A DNA stretch of 64,000 nucleotides from Podarcis erhardii (taxonomy: Eukaryota): NCBI GenBank assembly GCA_964252035.1, contig OZ176209.1, one strand, 5' to 3'. Of the stretch, positions 27,152-40,550 are shown one piece after another. Position 1 is the first letter of the stretch. Every line of letters starts with the position of its first letter. Below the pieces are notes generated by a model that saw nothing but the letters and a program-made list of their open reading frames with translations, ran no database searches and was not told the DNA's origin. The translations under genes were made by a program, and so were the position numbers.

Positions 27152-28032
27152 TAGGCCTGGGTGATATATCGCCCAAGACCGGTATGAGGAACAGGCCGCG
27201 ATGTCTGCTTCACTGTCTGCGGTATTTCGCTGAGTGAAACAGCCATCCCACTTCGTTCTCATATGACAGAGAGCTGTATCTGTGAAGTGCATCTTTAAAC
27301 TGCCCGACTGAGGAGTGTGCAGCTGCCCTTGCATCAGTCGAGCAGTCAAAGGAGCCCCCAGCCCTGCGCTAACTCCCGCAGGCTGGCGGTGCTGTGAAAC
27401 TGCTCAGCTGAGGATAGCGTGATTACTGCTCCCCATAGCGAGCCATTAAAAGAGCCCTGATGCTCTGCCCACTCACGGGCGTTCCCTCCCCCCAGCTGAG
27501 TGGCACAAAGCAGCTCCAATGCTATTGCTGCTCACACGAGAGAGCACCAGGACTGTGAAAGCTGGGGCAGTTTCAGCTGGTGTCTCACTGGCAGAGGCCA
27601 ATGCATCTTGTTTTTTCAACATTGTGGTATATCGCCAAACTGCGATGTTTGGCTGGCAATACACCACTATGTTGAAAAGCGGATGATGATGATGATGACG
27701 ACAACAACAACAAATTTATTACCTGCCCATCTGGCTGAGTTTCCCCTGCCACTCTGGGCAGCTCCCGATCGAGTGTTAAAAACAATACAGCATTAAATAT
27801 TAAAATCTTCCCTAAACAAGGCTGCCTTTAGATGTCTTTTAAAAATAGGACAGCTGCTTATTTCCTTGACATCTGATGGGAGGGCGTTCCACAGGGCGGG
27901 CACCACTGTCTGGTTCCCCGTAACTTCGCTTCTCGCAGTGAGGGAACTGCCAGAAGGCCCTTGGCGCTGGATCTCAGTGTCCAGGCTGAACGAAGGGGGT
28001 GGAGATGCTCCTTCAGGTATCTCCCAGCCCTA
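27152..28032. mobile_element. hAT non-autonomous element interrupted by an L2
   Basis: TIRs TAGGCCTGGGTGATA / TAGGGCTGGGAGATA (13/15); exact 8-bp TSD ATTACTAC at 27144-51 and 28033-40. Confidence 0.8.
27683..28016 (-). mobile_element. L2 3' fragment nested inside the hAT element
   Basis: Trinucleotide tail (GAT)n-GAC-(AAC)n followed by L2-like sequence (GGGAGGGCGTTCCACAGGG, GGAGATGCTCCTTCAGG). Confidence 0.7.
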
Positions 28033-28730
28033 ATTACTACTACTATACTACAGAATTATGTCTGTTTTATATTCACCTCAACTTATTAGCAGTGTGACCT
28101 TTTAGGGGGTGGCATCAGCTGTCTCTACTGGAGAACAGGGTATGTTGATGAGTATTAGATAATGTAAAAGATAATGATATCAGAAAGTTTTGGAAGGGAA
28201 TTTCTAGTATGTTACAGTAGTGCATAGAATAGACTCTTCCACTGTAGCCATCTAGGTTTATTTAACTGATGCTGGTTTCTTAATTATGTTCGTACCTGCT
28301 ACTTTGTCTAAACCACAGATTTCCTCTTTTAAAAACAATGTACTTGTTTTCTCTGCAACTAAAATCTCTGTGTAAAATGGACTGTGGCCAGCAGAGCTTT
28401 CTTATAATTTCTAGTAGAGATTTCCTGCTATCTAGGAACTCTACTAGCAAAATAGTATTAAATGAACTTACTTGGACAAGTAGATAAGATCTGAGACATA
28501 GAAAATCTTCCTGTATAAAGAACCAATTATTGAAAATTACCTGCTCTGGTAGACCACACTTCTGAAAGAGGCACAGAGATTATGTGTTTTATTTATAATG
28601 GGCAGGGGTCCACCAGCTTGGAGCCGGGGAGAAGGGCAGAGCCTTGTTGCTTCAATTTCAGCTAAAAACTCATGCATTTTTTTGATAACTGTTTAAAGAT
28701 TGTCATGATTTAGACCAGTCCAACATTGTA

Positions 28731-28778
<48 letters not shown>
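28731..28778 (+). repeat. (AAT)16 microsatellite
   Basis: Direct reading. Confidence 0.95.
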
Positions 28779-28780
<2 letters not shown>

Positions 28781-29831
28781 CACCATATGGAGGAATTCAG
28801 CTTCATGCTGTAATGATTGTTCTATCAGTGCATGCATTTCTGCTTGTCAGGTTGAACTGTCCCTTCTCCTTACCCCCCTGCAATGTTCTAGGGATTCTCT
28901 TGACTCGCCAGAGTAGATTTGGTGGAGCAGGTGAAGCCCCATTGTGCTAGTGGGAGACAATTTGCTGGCTTCCACTAGCATGTTAGGTTAGGTGATTCTA
29001 GGGTGTAGTATCCACACATGTCAGGAGAACTGTTGGATTACTATTCAACAGCTAATAGTGAAAAAGTCAATAAATGTAGAAAACATCAATTTAGGCAGCT
29101 GCCAGATTCAGCTGTGTTTTCCATATATATACTCACGTGTTCTGCTTATTTTGTGTGTATATATATATATGCCCATTTGACAGCTTCAGTCTGGAGCACT
29201 GACACTGTTACAGGTGATTCATAATACTCATTCTGCACTTGTAAAAATTTGACATTTAGGAACTATCAATAATTGTATTTTATATTTTTGTAATTTGCTT
29301 AGAGGTTTTCTTAGATCAAGTGATATATAATTCTTTGTTAAACAATTAATGGCTCGGGTGCTGCTTTGATATAAAATCTTTAATCTGCCAAACCATTGAG
29401 ACATTCTTTCAAATCTTCAATTTCTTCATGACCTATGATCAGAATCAGGCTCAATATTCAGATTGTAAAATTGAAGGTGTGCCTTTGGATCATAAGCATT
29501 CAAGGATAAATTAACTTTTGAGGTGCTCAGTCAATATAATTCAATATCTGGAGGAATATATATATGAAATGCTTGATTTAAAATGAAGGGAAAATGGAAC
29601 GTATTGAATGATAGCAAAATTTTATTAATTGTCAGTACAACCAATATTGAATTGGGGTTTGGAAAGAGATGGATAGTATTAAGAGGGTATATGTAGATCA
29701 GAATTTGTTAATACTTTACAGTTTGTTGATATTCCATTCCTTGAACCAAACAGTAGTTAACCATAGTGTATACCATGAAATGAACAGAAGAAAATGAAAA
29801 TATTCCTTAATTGTCATTCTTTAATTTCTAG

Positions 29832-30008
29832 ATGGGAATGATGAACAACCCCGGTCCTTATGTACCACCATACAGCCAGAATCCTGGACAACCAATTGGA
29901 GCCAGTGGACTTGGTCCCCAGATGCAAAATAAGCCTGTATTACCTAACAGTTTACCCCAGTTTCCAATGGACAAGAAGCCAGTGCCTGGTCCAGTAATGC
30001 CTAATATG
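29832..30008 (+). CDS. EP300: EP300 exon 3 (177 nt; MGMMNNPGPY...PVMPNM)
   Basis: Acceptor aatttctag|ATG, donor AATATG|gtaggt; phase 0/0. Confidence 0.95.
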
Positions 30009-33000
30009 GTAGGTAGTAACTTCTATTTCAAATTATTGTGGAGCTAGTTCAAGATATACCAGTATTTTGTCTTAAAGGCTTCCATATTGTGCCAAATCAT
30101 GAGAAATAAGGGTATTCAACCTAGAGGAAAAAAGCATCTTAACTGAGTTTTAATTTCTTTTGAATGGCATTTCTACTTGAACCATATCTCCTTGTCTTTT
30201 GCATAACTCTCATATCTACCCTTTCATCATCTGAATTCTAGCCTTTTAGGGGACAGACAGTATACTATTTCCATCCATATATTGGAGGACATATAGAAAT
30301 AACAGTCTGTGATGTGTTCTGAAACTGTGTTCATGTGCTTGTTGATAATATGGGTGGAAGGTTCAAGGGGAAATGGGATATAGGAAGAAATGGATGACAT
30401 AAAATTACTTTTTGTTGAAAACTAACTTTATGTGAGTTCACATAGGTGCATTGTCATAGCAGGATGTAAGATGTATTTGATGAGGAGTGATTGCATCAGT
30501 TCATTCATTTGCCAATCTATGCTTTGCAGCCATTGAGACAACACATTCAGTGGAGCATTGCACCACAGATACACCTGAGCTCCCAATGAGCAGACAGTGT
30601 AATGTGCACACACTTAACTTGATTCTTGTTAATCCTGCCTTCCACAGTGCTGAGCTAGTGACACAGCAGTACAAGAGAATCTCTGTGTACATAGAGATTC
30701 CATTCCCAGTAACTGTGCATGTCAGTGGGACACACACAAGTCCTTTCTGTCCTATTCTGCCCCCCTTTGGCACCAAAAATGATTCATGTGTCAGTGGTCG
30801 TGTGAGTGGGAAGGTGCCTGTACATGCTCATAAGGTTCTTAGCATCCCTATTCGCTTCCAGATGATGTGTGCCTTATTGTTATTTTTAACAGCAATTTTT
30901 GGGAATGGTGGAGAGGTTGGAGGCAGGGGTATCAAGGAACATACTCTTCTTACTGGACAATACAGAGGTGGAGGAGGAGGCAGAATGTAGCTGGGTAAGA
31001 TGTTGGAGGAGCCAGGCTGGTTAGAACATGGAGAGTGTGACACTTCCTTGGAGCTTCCAGTGTCCCTTTCTCCTTGCTGTGGGGTGGGGTGAAGATGGGC
31101 AAACTGTGTTACTTGGATTGTGAGGTCTGCAGAGGCCATGCAGAGCTACCACCTCTCTCTCTGGTGGCCTATATTGGCCTTTTTTAGGTTTCAGTGCTCC
31201 ATTCTCTGGGAAGTCGGGGGGGGCTGGGCGGTGGGCGATGAAGGCACCACACTGAAAAGCAGGCTGGAGCTGGGGAGGGGAGCACTGAAGAGGCTGTGTA
31301 GAGCTGATTCCTGGGTTGTGTATCGCCTGTCTTAATTTTTCTACCACCCTCGTGGGGGATAGAATTGCAGGTATGCATGCAGTATTACTTATCTCATGTT
31401 GCATTGTATGTGTGGCCTGAGTGCATGCATGGAACCATGCTCTTAAAAAGTGGAAAGCTAAGAGTGTAAGTCAAACCCCCAAACATTCTTAGACTGCTGT
31501 TTCTGAATGGCTAGCTGTTGCCAGTAATCTTTGTAGCCAAGTGTTGCTCTGTAAAAAGTGGATTTTTTAAAATCTTCGTTCATCATCTTCATCTACTCTG
31601 AGCAGCACAGGTGTGTAGCTCTTCACTTATTTCAAGCTAATTCTGATTGCTGACTAAAAAGAATGTCTTATGCACCTTATGGTCAAATTGTACATCCCTA
31701 AATATTGGCATTTTAAAAGTGATATAACATTGTATAGATCTTAATAGAACTGTGCTGAACTTTTGCCTAAAAAATACTGGGAACAAAGAAGATTAGGAGA
31801 AGTCAAAACATCTTACAGTGCTCCTCTTTGCTTGCTTCCATTATGTACTGTTCACATTAACTTTTAAACCATATCCAAACCAATTGGGAATCACGTGGGC
31901 AGCATGTTGCGCTGCTCATCAGATCAGCATGCCAATAAGCAACAGTTGGTTTGGCTCTCAGATCTAATAGATTCCAATAGTGAACTAGTTCACACAATAC
32001 ATTAAACTAGAGCTTATTTTAAAGTATGTTTTAATGAGTATAGGCAGTATATTCTTCTACTGCTATAACATCCATGTCAATGAATTAAGAGTGAGGGCAG
32101 AAACATCAGCCTCCCTCTGCAGAGGCTTCCTGACACTGGCACATAATGAGAATTGACTAACCTAAGAAATTCAAATGTGAGGTGAATTCTACTTACACTC
32201 CCCTGAATGGGTAAAATTTTCCCCCTCTCTTACAGCATTCGAAATTAGCCAGGCACCATGCTCATTTTGCACCTGGCTATCAGACACTTGCAACTAAGTG
32301 AAGATGCCTGGGCACCAGGATGGCACCTGACATCTCTGCCACTGGCTGGTGCACAGCAGCATTGTTGTTTTTTTGCTGCCGTGCTATGGCATGAGTCAGA
32401 TTTTAGCTGGAGCTGACAGTATACAAAATTCATTTTTGGCTTTGTAATCATGGGTTTTGTCGTTTGTTTTTAGTTTTAAAAAGTGCCTAAACATTCCATT
32501 AGTGTGTCTGTAACCTAGGTTTAAGGGGCCATATGACAAATAGCTTTAATATCTCTGTTTTTAACACTGCTCTTCATAGAACTGGTCAAACAGTTACCTC
32601 AATGAGAGAGGGGCAGGCACATGCAGGAGTCGGGAAGGAACAAATTATTGTTACTATTATTTATTAAGTTTATATACTACCCTTTATCCGAGGATCACAG
32701 CATGGTTTAGAATATAAAAATACAAAAATACATAACATAGTAACAAGCAAAAACAATAACCCACACCCATTCATGGTTTAAAAGGCCATAGGGACTATAG
32801 AGTGGGCAGGAGCACACTTCTCATAGTTTAAAATAAACTATGGAGTAATGTTATGTACAAACTGGGCCAGTGTAAACTTGTACACCATAATCCATATAGC
32901 ATTGGCAAAGAGCACTTTAAAAGCTTCACTGTATGACTATAGATCACGCTGATTAGGTATGTTGTATTACTATTTATTACTCTAATAAAGAGTAAGTTTA

Positions 33001-34116
33001 TTAGTTGTGATTGAAATACAATTGGTATTGGGTACACCAATTAATTTGAAGAGAGTGAAGCTATCTGTGAGTGCCACAATCCTACCACCTGTATAGGGGA
33101 GTTCCATTCATGTCAGTGGGGTTTTACTATGAATCGCCATAATACCCATACATGTGAAGAGTCAAAGATCTGGAATTTACAGCATTGCTAAAGGGTAATT
33201 CAATTGTAGTATTATGTTGTAGTCAGTTTGGGAAGGATGAAACATGGTTCATATGGAACAGTAACGCAGAGGAAAGCTCATTTCAATTATTAGTGTAACT
33301 TTTGTTCAAACTGGAGTTAGCCTTTGCCTATGGTGCCCAGTTAGTTTCAAGCTGTGAAGCTCCAGTATACTTGAAAACAGGCTGAAAGTGAAGAAATCCC
33401 TTTACTACTGTATTTGGGTGAAGCTGACATGAAAACTGAATTTCTCCCATGGATGGTACAATGTTAGTTGTGCTGAACTCTCATACCTTGACCCCTTGTT
33501 AAAAGAGAAAAACAATAATTATTACTTCCCAGTTAATGAAGCAAGCCTGAAGATCCTTAAAACCAAATCAAGTCAAGCTCTCTGAAGTTGAATGAAAAGC
33601 AATATGGAATAATGCTTGCATTGCCACTTCCAAAGATCAGCCTCAGAAGTGGTGTTGCAAGGTGGTTGCTAAGCAGAATAGGACATATATTTCTAATTAT
33701 CAACCTCAGCAATATTAGTTTGCTGTGTTGCATTGGTAGTGGCTACAATAACTATGTCTCCTGTGCTTGATCTGTCCTTTGCATTGCTCCATATTTAGGG
33801 ATGGTATATTTATGTGTTGGCTGCTGGAGGTTAGAAAATATTGATTCATGAAATCATTCCTCATACTCATTATATTAGTAGGCTGTGTTGTATGGCTGCT
33901 TTCTTTAGGGACTATATGAACATTAAGTTGCATTGTGGAACTTTGCTTGAGAATGGGTTTTCTTCAAAGGAATAAGAGCTTTCTCTGAGAGAGGATTTAT
34001 TAAGTTATCTTAAAGTAATTCATATAGCTGCTGCTTCTACAGGTTTAAGCACACTTTCAAAAGACATGAATAACTTCTTTGTGTTTTGCTGACTTCTAGA
34101 GAACTGTCAGGGTTAG

Positions 34117-34503
<387 letters not shown>

Positions 34504-34929
34504 TAGGAAGCTAATACTGTTTGAAAAACAATTTTGCAGTAATTTGTGCTCACAAGTTACAAGGTCAGGATGAGAGATACAGATACTGAAGTTTTAGCAA
34601 TCAACTTTGGCCTCCACTGTGCAATAAGTAATAAGAGATCCAGACTGGGTGACCTATTGCAAAGAGCAGAAAAGCCTTGATCTGTACTTGGGTAAGATAA
34701 GTTTCAATCAACTAAGATTTCCCTTGACCTATCAGTCAAAAGAAGACTTAAGGGGAAAGTTTTCAATTCTGGAGATATAGATATATGCAGTCCAATATAC
34801 TCAGAAGCATGAGTCACACTGTACTCCAAGTAATTGTGCATAGATTCTGTGCATCAGTAGCACATGTATAGCTGGCTCAAAGAAATTTAAAGTTTTAAGT
34901 GTAAAATTACTTTTTAACCCTCTTTTTAG

Positions 34930-35043
34930 TGGCTCACTGTGCATCTTCACGACAAATCATATCGCACTGGAAGAATTGTACACGGCATGACTGTCCTGTG
35001 TGTCTCCCTCTCAAGAATGCTGGGGACAAAAGAAATCAACAAT
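34930..35043 (+). CDS. EP300: EP300 exon 5 (114 nt; TAZ1 second part)
   Basis: tctttttag|TGGCTCAC ... CAACAAT|gtaagt; encodes (V)[37 protein letters not shown]. Not in the ORF track; translated by hand. Confidence 0.96.
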
Positions 35044-35462
35044 GTAAGTAGTCACTAATTTATTTCTTTTTAGGGCATTACAGATTTGCAGTATCACTCC
35101 ATTTCTCATAATGTTTCTCCTAATACTATTAATGGCTGGTGTGAGAGACAGCTGCAGGATCAAGTTCCTACAGGACAAGCAGTGCTCCTGACAGCAGGGA
35201 CCCTCCATATACATGGACCCTCTACTCTGGCCTCACTATCATATTGTGATGGCAGTCGTGTCCGCAAATACAGTAGGACGCAGCCATAGCTGCCCAAGTT
35301 GTGGTAGGCAGCAGCCTCCATGCTTATCAGGTCAGCAACAGACACAGTTTAATGCCCCAAACCTTATTGGTGTGTTACTAAGGACTTTATAAAAGGGTTG
35401 GTGTGTTTTATGTTCATTCTAGTCACTGTTTTTGATCGTTTTCATGTCTTCATTTTTTCTAG

Positions 35463-35699
35463 CATTACTAGGTGGTGCTGCAGTAGGACTTGGAAATTCT
35501 GGCTCTGTAGGGGTTGGTCAGCAGACAACCCCCAACATAAATACTGCTAACCAGATTGACCCCAGTTCGATTGAGAGGGCTTATGCTGCCCTTGGACTGA
35601 CGTATCAAGGGAATCAGATGCAGACGCAGACACAAGCTCAAGTGAAGAGCCAGCAGCAAGGACAGTCACCGCAGGGACTTCGCCCCATGAATCCTACAA
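35463..35699 (+). CDS. EP300: EP300 exon 6 (237 nt)
   Basis: ttttttctag|CATTACTA ... CCTACAA|gtatgt; encodes IDPSSIERAYAALGL. Confidence 0.94.
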
Positions 35700-36308
35700 G
35701 TATGTTCTTAACTTCATTTTTAAAATGTATATCCCACCTTATTTCAGAAGGCAGCTAACAACTCCAAATCATAGCAGCAACAATAAAATATGTAATTCCG
35801 CATTAAAACAAAAATATGACCACCAGCACCTAAGCTACAACTTATTCAAGTATTTTACTAAAGGCATTTGTGAAGTTTTGCATCCATTGGGAGAATGGGT
35901 GATAGTGAGGTGAGGCTTTGTACATGGCAAAAGCAAGTTTTCAAGATTTCATTGTTCTCTAGTATAACCAAAAAGTTGAACTCAGGGTAGTCTTAGTGAG
36001 GGGTTATCTCAGTGATTCTCATTGAGTTCATTTTTAATTTGATGAACAAATTAAACATGCTGCAATCTGAGATTCAGTTAAGGAAGCAAAATCTGCCTCT
36101 GCCATCATAAGTGCTCCCTCCCCCCTTGAGCTGCTCCTACACATTCATATGGAGGGAAAGAAGCCGTTTTGTAGTAGGGCCAAAATCTGTTTTGCAGCAA
36201 TGATAGCAGCATGTGTACCCTAGAATATCTGGAAACAACTTAAGCACCCAAAGCAATTAATCTACAGTAGAGCATATTTTAATTTTTTCTTTCTTTCTTT
36301 TGGTCTAG

Positions 36309-36402
36309 ATGCTAATCCTATGGGAGTGAATGGAGGTGTTGGTGTTCAAGCCCAGAGTCTTCTACCTGAATCAATGTTGCATCCAGCTATGAATTCTCAA
36401 AA
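36309..36402 (+). CDS. EP300: EP300 exon 7 (94 nt)
   Basis: ggtctag|ATGCTAAT ... TCTCAAAA|gtaagt; encodes ANPMGVNGGVGVQAQSLLPESMLHPAMNSQ. Confidence 0.93.
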
Positions 36403-37361
36403 GTAAGTTTATTTTTAATTGTATAGAAAGCAACTTTTGGAATAACACATTGAGGAAAGAATTCACAAAAGTGACAGAGCTACAAAATAGTAACTTTGAA
36501 CAAGAGGGATTTTTACAAAAGGAAAATATTGTATACTTTAAAATTTTATCTGTGACCTCTGAATAAAGCTCTTTATGATAGAGATGGCTTTTTTGTCTGC
36601 CTGATCTAAATCTGAGTTAGCATAGAGATGCTCTGTCTGTTCTGCCATAGGGGCTCCACATTTACCTGAAAAACTTTTTTTGTAAAGGTTATAGGTAAAG
36701 CAAAATACCTTGCAGTAGCTGCATTGCTTTCATAGTAGATATACATGCGTCTCGTTACTGAATTCTGTAGTGCTGCTACACGCTCTTAGATCGCCGGTTC
36801 TATTTTGACTGGAAAGTGTTGGCATTTAAATGTTGTCAGTGAAGTAGTATAGCACATTCTGCTAGTGATACACATGCTATATAGCACATGTTTTGAACTA
36901 TGATATATAATATGAATATATATCATATACTGGGCTAAAGAATTCTGTTCCCCAAAAAGGTACATGTTGTTATTGGTAGATATTGTACAAATTAAAGTTG
37001 GTTATTGTGCATAATGTTGTTACTGCTGCTCATTGCTTGGGGCACAGGTCAAGTGAGGACACTGAAGCTTCAGCTCCTGACCACTGTAAATTATTGTTGG
37101 TTAATAACAAGTACTCAGGACTTTCCAGATGCAAGAAATGGCAGCTAATGTTCAAAATTGTATTTCTCCATCTATAAAGTGGAAAGTGAATGAATATTGG
37201 AACTCACCTTAATGTAGAGCCTTGCCTGAAAGAAGAGTGCAATATCATCCATATGTATTTTAGCACCAATAGTGACTTGCTATTCATTGGCCCCAAGGTA
37301 TTAAGCCATTATTTATTTACAGTTGTCTCTTTACATAAAACAGTGTTTCAGAAGTTCATAA

Positions 37362-37388
37362 GTGTGTGTGCGCGTGCGCGCGCGCGCA

Positions 37389-37432
<44 letters not shown>
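37362..37432 (+). repeat. Compound microsatellite (GT)n(GC)n(CA)10(GA)13
   Basis: Direct reading. Confidence 0.95.
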
Positions 37433-37436
<4 letters not shown>

Positions 37437-37579
37437 AAATGTTTATCCACCTATGGCTGAGCATGAGTAGGCCACTTTCATATACAATTACTTGTGATGT
37501 GTTTACATATAAAGAAAGTCTCACTTAACGAGGTTTATTGTGTCTTTGATAATCGCCTCTCTTTTTTTTTTTTTAATAG

Positions 37580-37717
37580 TACCATGATGAATGAAAATGC
37601 CAATGTTGCCAGTTTGGGAGCCATGCCAACAGCAACACATCCTTCTGGCATTGGAATTCGGAAACCATGGCATGAAGATATTACTCAGGACCTCAGAAAT
37701 CACCTTGTTCATAAACT
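37580..37717 (+). CDS. EP300: EP300 exon 8 (138 nt; KIX start)
   Basis: ttttaatag|TACCATG ... CATAAACT|gtaagt; encodes GIRKPWHEDITQDLRNHLVHKL. Confidence 0.96.
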
Positions 37718-39407
37718 GTAAGTATTGATCACCAAATCTTCAAACTTCTAGATGAAATAATTGAAATAGTGCAATAAAAGTACTTAAACCTTCTAAATGT
37801 ATCTGCTACATTCCTTCCATAGGTGATGGATGTAACTATTCACTTTGTTACCTCGTTAACTTTACAGTTACTGGTATCCCTTGTATGGGAGTTGTGGGAG
37901 ACTGAGCAGGAGTCTAAAGATCAGACAGAGTTATTAATGAAAGGAGAAAATCAGCCTTATGACCAAAGATGGCAATACTTCCAATTTGCTGCCTAGCTCA
38001 TTTGGAATCTCTACATTGAACCAAATGCCTAAAAGGGTGTTGTAGTTGGAATTCAGAGGAAACAGCCAGTGGTGGCCAAGTGGTGTGATCAGGTTCTAGC
38101 ATGTCATCCATGTTGTCTTAAGCTATCTTTTTTTTGTCCCTAGAGTTTAATTTCTCAGTAATTGTTTCCACACCCTGCTCCTGAAGACACAAGTCATTTC
38201 CAGGGCTAAATGGCAATTCTGTGCATGATGTGATGGGTGAACAAACACACAGCAATTGTAACTCTGCCCAAATAAATTATCCTAGGTTACGAGCCGTTTT
38301 TCAGTACTTAGAACCTTTGCCACATAAACTCCCCGCCCCCCCACCAAGGCATCCATAGGGTAATTGAAATGACTTCCAATAAACCAAAGAGAGATGATCT
38401 TGAACATGCCCAGAACATTTTTCTATACTGACTCAATAAGGAAGAAGAAATTATTACTGGTTTCGACTAGGAGACAGACTCATTGTGATAGATTTATTTG
38501 GAAGATTTTTATTTAACATTGCTGTTTTCCTCCAAGGTAGCATACTTGGTGTATTGTCCTCTATCCATCTCAGTTACAACAATGACAGTGGCCTAGTTTG
38601 CATGTCACATTAACCCATAGTTAAACAGTGCTTTAATATGCTGATGCACACCGCTCAAAACTTTCATGTTGCTTCTCCCTTGCTTCTGCTGTGCTAAAGA
38701 TGAAGCATATCAGACTCTAGCTTGTCTGGAACAAACCTTGGTTTCAGTTCATAGTCCGTTTGGTCAAAATGATCCACAGGCTCGGGTTTGGCTGACAAGC
38801 CAGGTCGCTCTGGCTTATTTTGTCCACAGTGTAACATGAGTGTGTGTGGAAGGAGTGCCATGAGAACTTTCGAGCAGCATGTTTCTCTTTCACATTAAAT
38901 TATAATTTGTTTTAAACTATGGTTCAATGTGATACACACCAGGTTAGTGAGAATTTGAATTTACCTCCCCAGGCTAAATGCATTTTCCTTAGCACTGTTC
39001 CACTCAGGATCTTATGCATCAGCTAATTGGAGTGCAATAAGCTGGTGGAGACTTCAGGCTTTAATACCCTCCCCCAAAAAACCCCCAAGAACCTTAAGTT
39101 CTGCCAGCAAGAGCTAGAGGAACTATTGGGTGGATATACTTAAAATTCAGAATTTCTTGAGGCTGAACACATTATCAGGCTAATCACAATTTTAGTACCA
39201 AAAATAGCTGACAACCCTTTCACAGAAAAATCAATTCCTGCTAACGCACTCCCTGCCCCCCAAGTTTTCTTTTGAGTAACCCATTTTGCTACTGATAAAC
39301 TATTTGGAGTCAAACCATTGTGGATCTTCAGCAAATCATCCAGAGATCTACTTTATGCTTACACATGGATTAAGGGGAATGTAATAAGTAGTCCATGTAA
39401 TCTAGAC

Positions 39408-39543
39408 CAGGCATAGGCAAACACGGCCCTCCAGATGTTTTGGGACTACAACTCCCACCATCCCTAGCTAACAGGACCAGTGATTAGGGATGATGGGAAT
39501 TGTAGTCCCAAAACATCTGGAGCGCTGAGTTTGCCTATGCCTG
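39408..39543. mobile_element. Palindromic hAT-derived MITE (136 bp)
   Basis: Arms CAGGCATAGGCAAAC...CCAGATGTTTTGGGACTACAA are reverse complements; exact 8-bp TSD ATCTAGAC at 39400-07 and 39544-51. Degenerate relatives near 10090-10215 and 23460-23590. Confidence 0.9.
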
Positions 39544-40432
39544 ATCTAGACCATTGCCACTTCTTCATGATGGGGAAAAACAGTTTAATTGAAAAGAAAA
39601 AGCCCAGGTTGTGTTTGCTAGGATGCTTCAGGGGCTTGCTTAGTAGTGCTGTAAGTAGCAGTGTTGCTCATCGGACCGCACGCTGTTGAGTAAGGGACAG
39701 TTCTTAATCATAATTCACATATTGCACTGATTGGATGAAGATTGGTTTTGTTGTCTGTCTTCTGGCCCAGTTTTATTGAGACAATAGGTGTTTCAGTGTG
39801 GCAAACTTCGGTTCATATTCAGACATCATATTCAAAGAGCGTATGAGTGGAAAGTAGCCTTTTGTTAGGAACCCCTGGAACTAGAACTGAGAACTTTTGG
39901 ATCTATGCTCTGCTGCCCCTTGTGGTAAGACACTTCATGTTACAGATTGAAAGGTTCAGAAGACTATCATTTCCTCTGAGGCTGTAGGGTGATTCTATTG
40001 GATCAGTCACATTCCCTGAAATAACAAGGTTATAAAAGCGTGTTTTGCCTGAGAAACGGTTATCATGACTTTCTCTTTCTTCCTGTTGTACCAAGCTATA
40101 CTCTGCTGGATTCAATTTCTTTTTCCAGAATTTGTTCTGCTTGTGAGCTAGCATCACAACCGCTAAATTCATATTTGTACTGAACACCTATTCCTAATTA
40201 AGGCATCTTATGTTATCTGGATGTTGCAATCTTTCAGTGAGTTGAATTAGACAATTTGTACCTCTTGGTGCAGTACAGCTACAGAATTCCCATCTATGAT
40301 TGTTCTTGGCTTTTACCAGAAGTTGACAAAAATTAAGAATAGCATAAACTCTAGCTGTGGGCATTAGATTTGTGGATCCAGAAGTTCAGGAGACAAATAG
40401 TTTGTTCAAGGTTTCCCTCTATATTCTTGCAG

Positions 40433-40550
40433 AGTACAAGCCATATTTCCAACTCCTGACCCTGCAGCACTAAAAGATAGGCGCATGGCAAATCTTGTTT
40501 CCTATGCTCGGAAAGTAGAAGGGGACATGTATGAATCAGCAAATAGCAGG
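40433..40550 (+). CDS. EP300: EP300 exon 9 (118 nt; KIX middle)
   Basis: ttcttgcag|AGTACAAG ... AGCAGG|gtaagt; encodes [39 protein letters not shown]. Confidence 0.96.

Noticed and set aside
29560-29720. L1 RT remnant (ELGFGKRWI)
   Set aside because: Only one short motif is recognisable and boundaries cannot be set; not listed as a feature.
30487-30990. 167-aa ORF in intron 3
   Set aside because: Non-ATG start, no domain motif and no fitting splice sites.
31208-31235. G-quadruplex consensus in intron 3
   Set aside because: A single deep-intronic motif, likely within an old repeat; such motifs are common.
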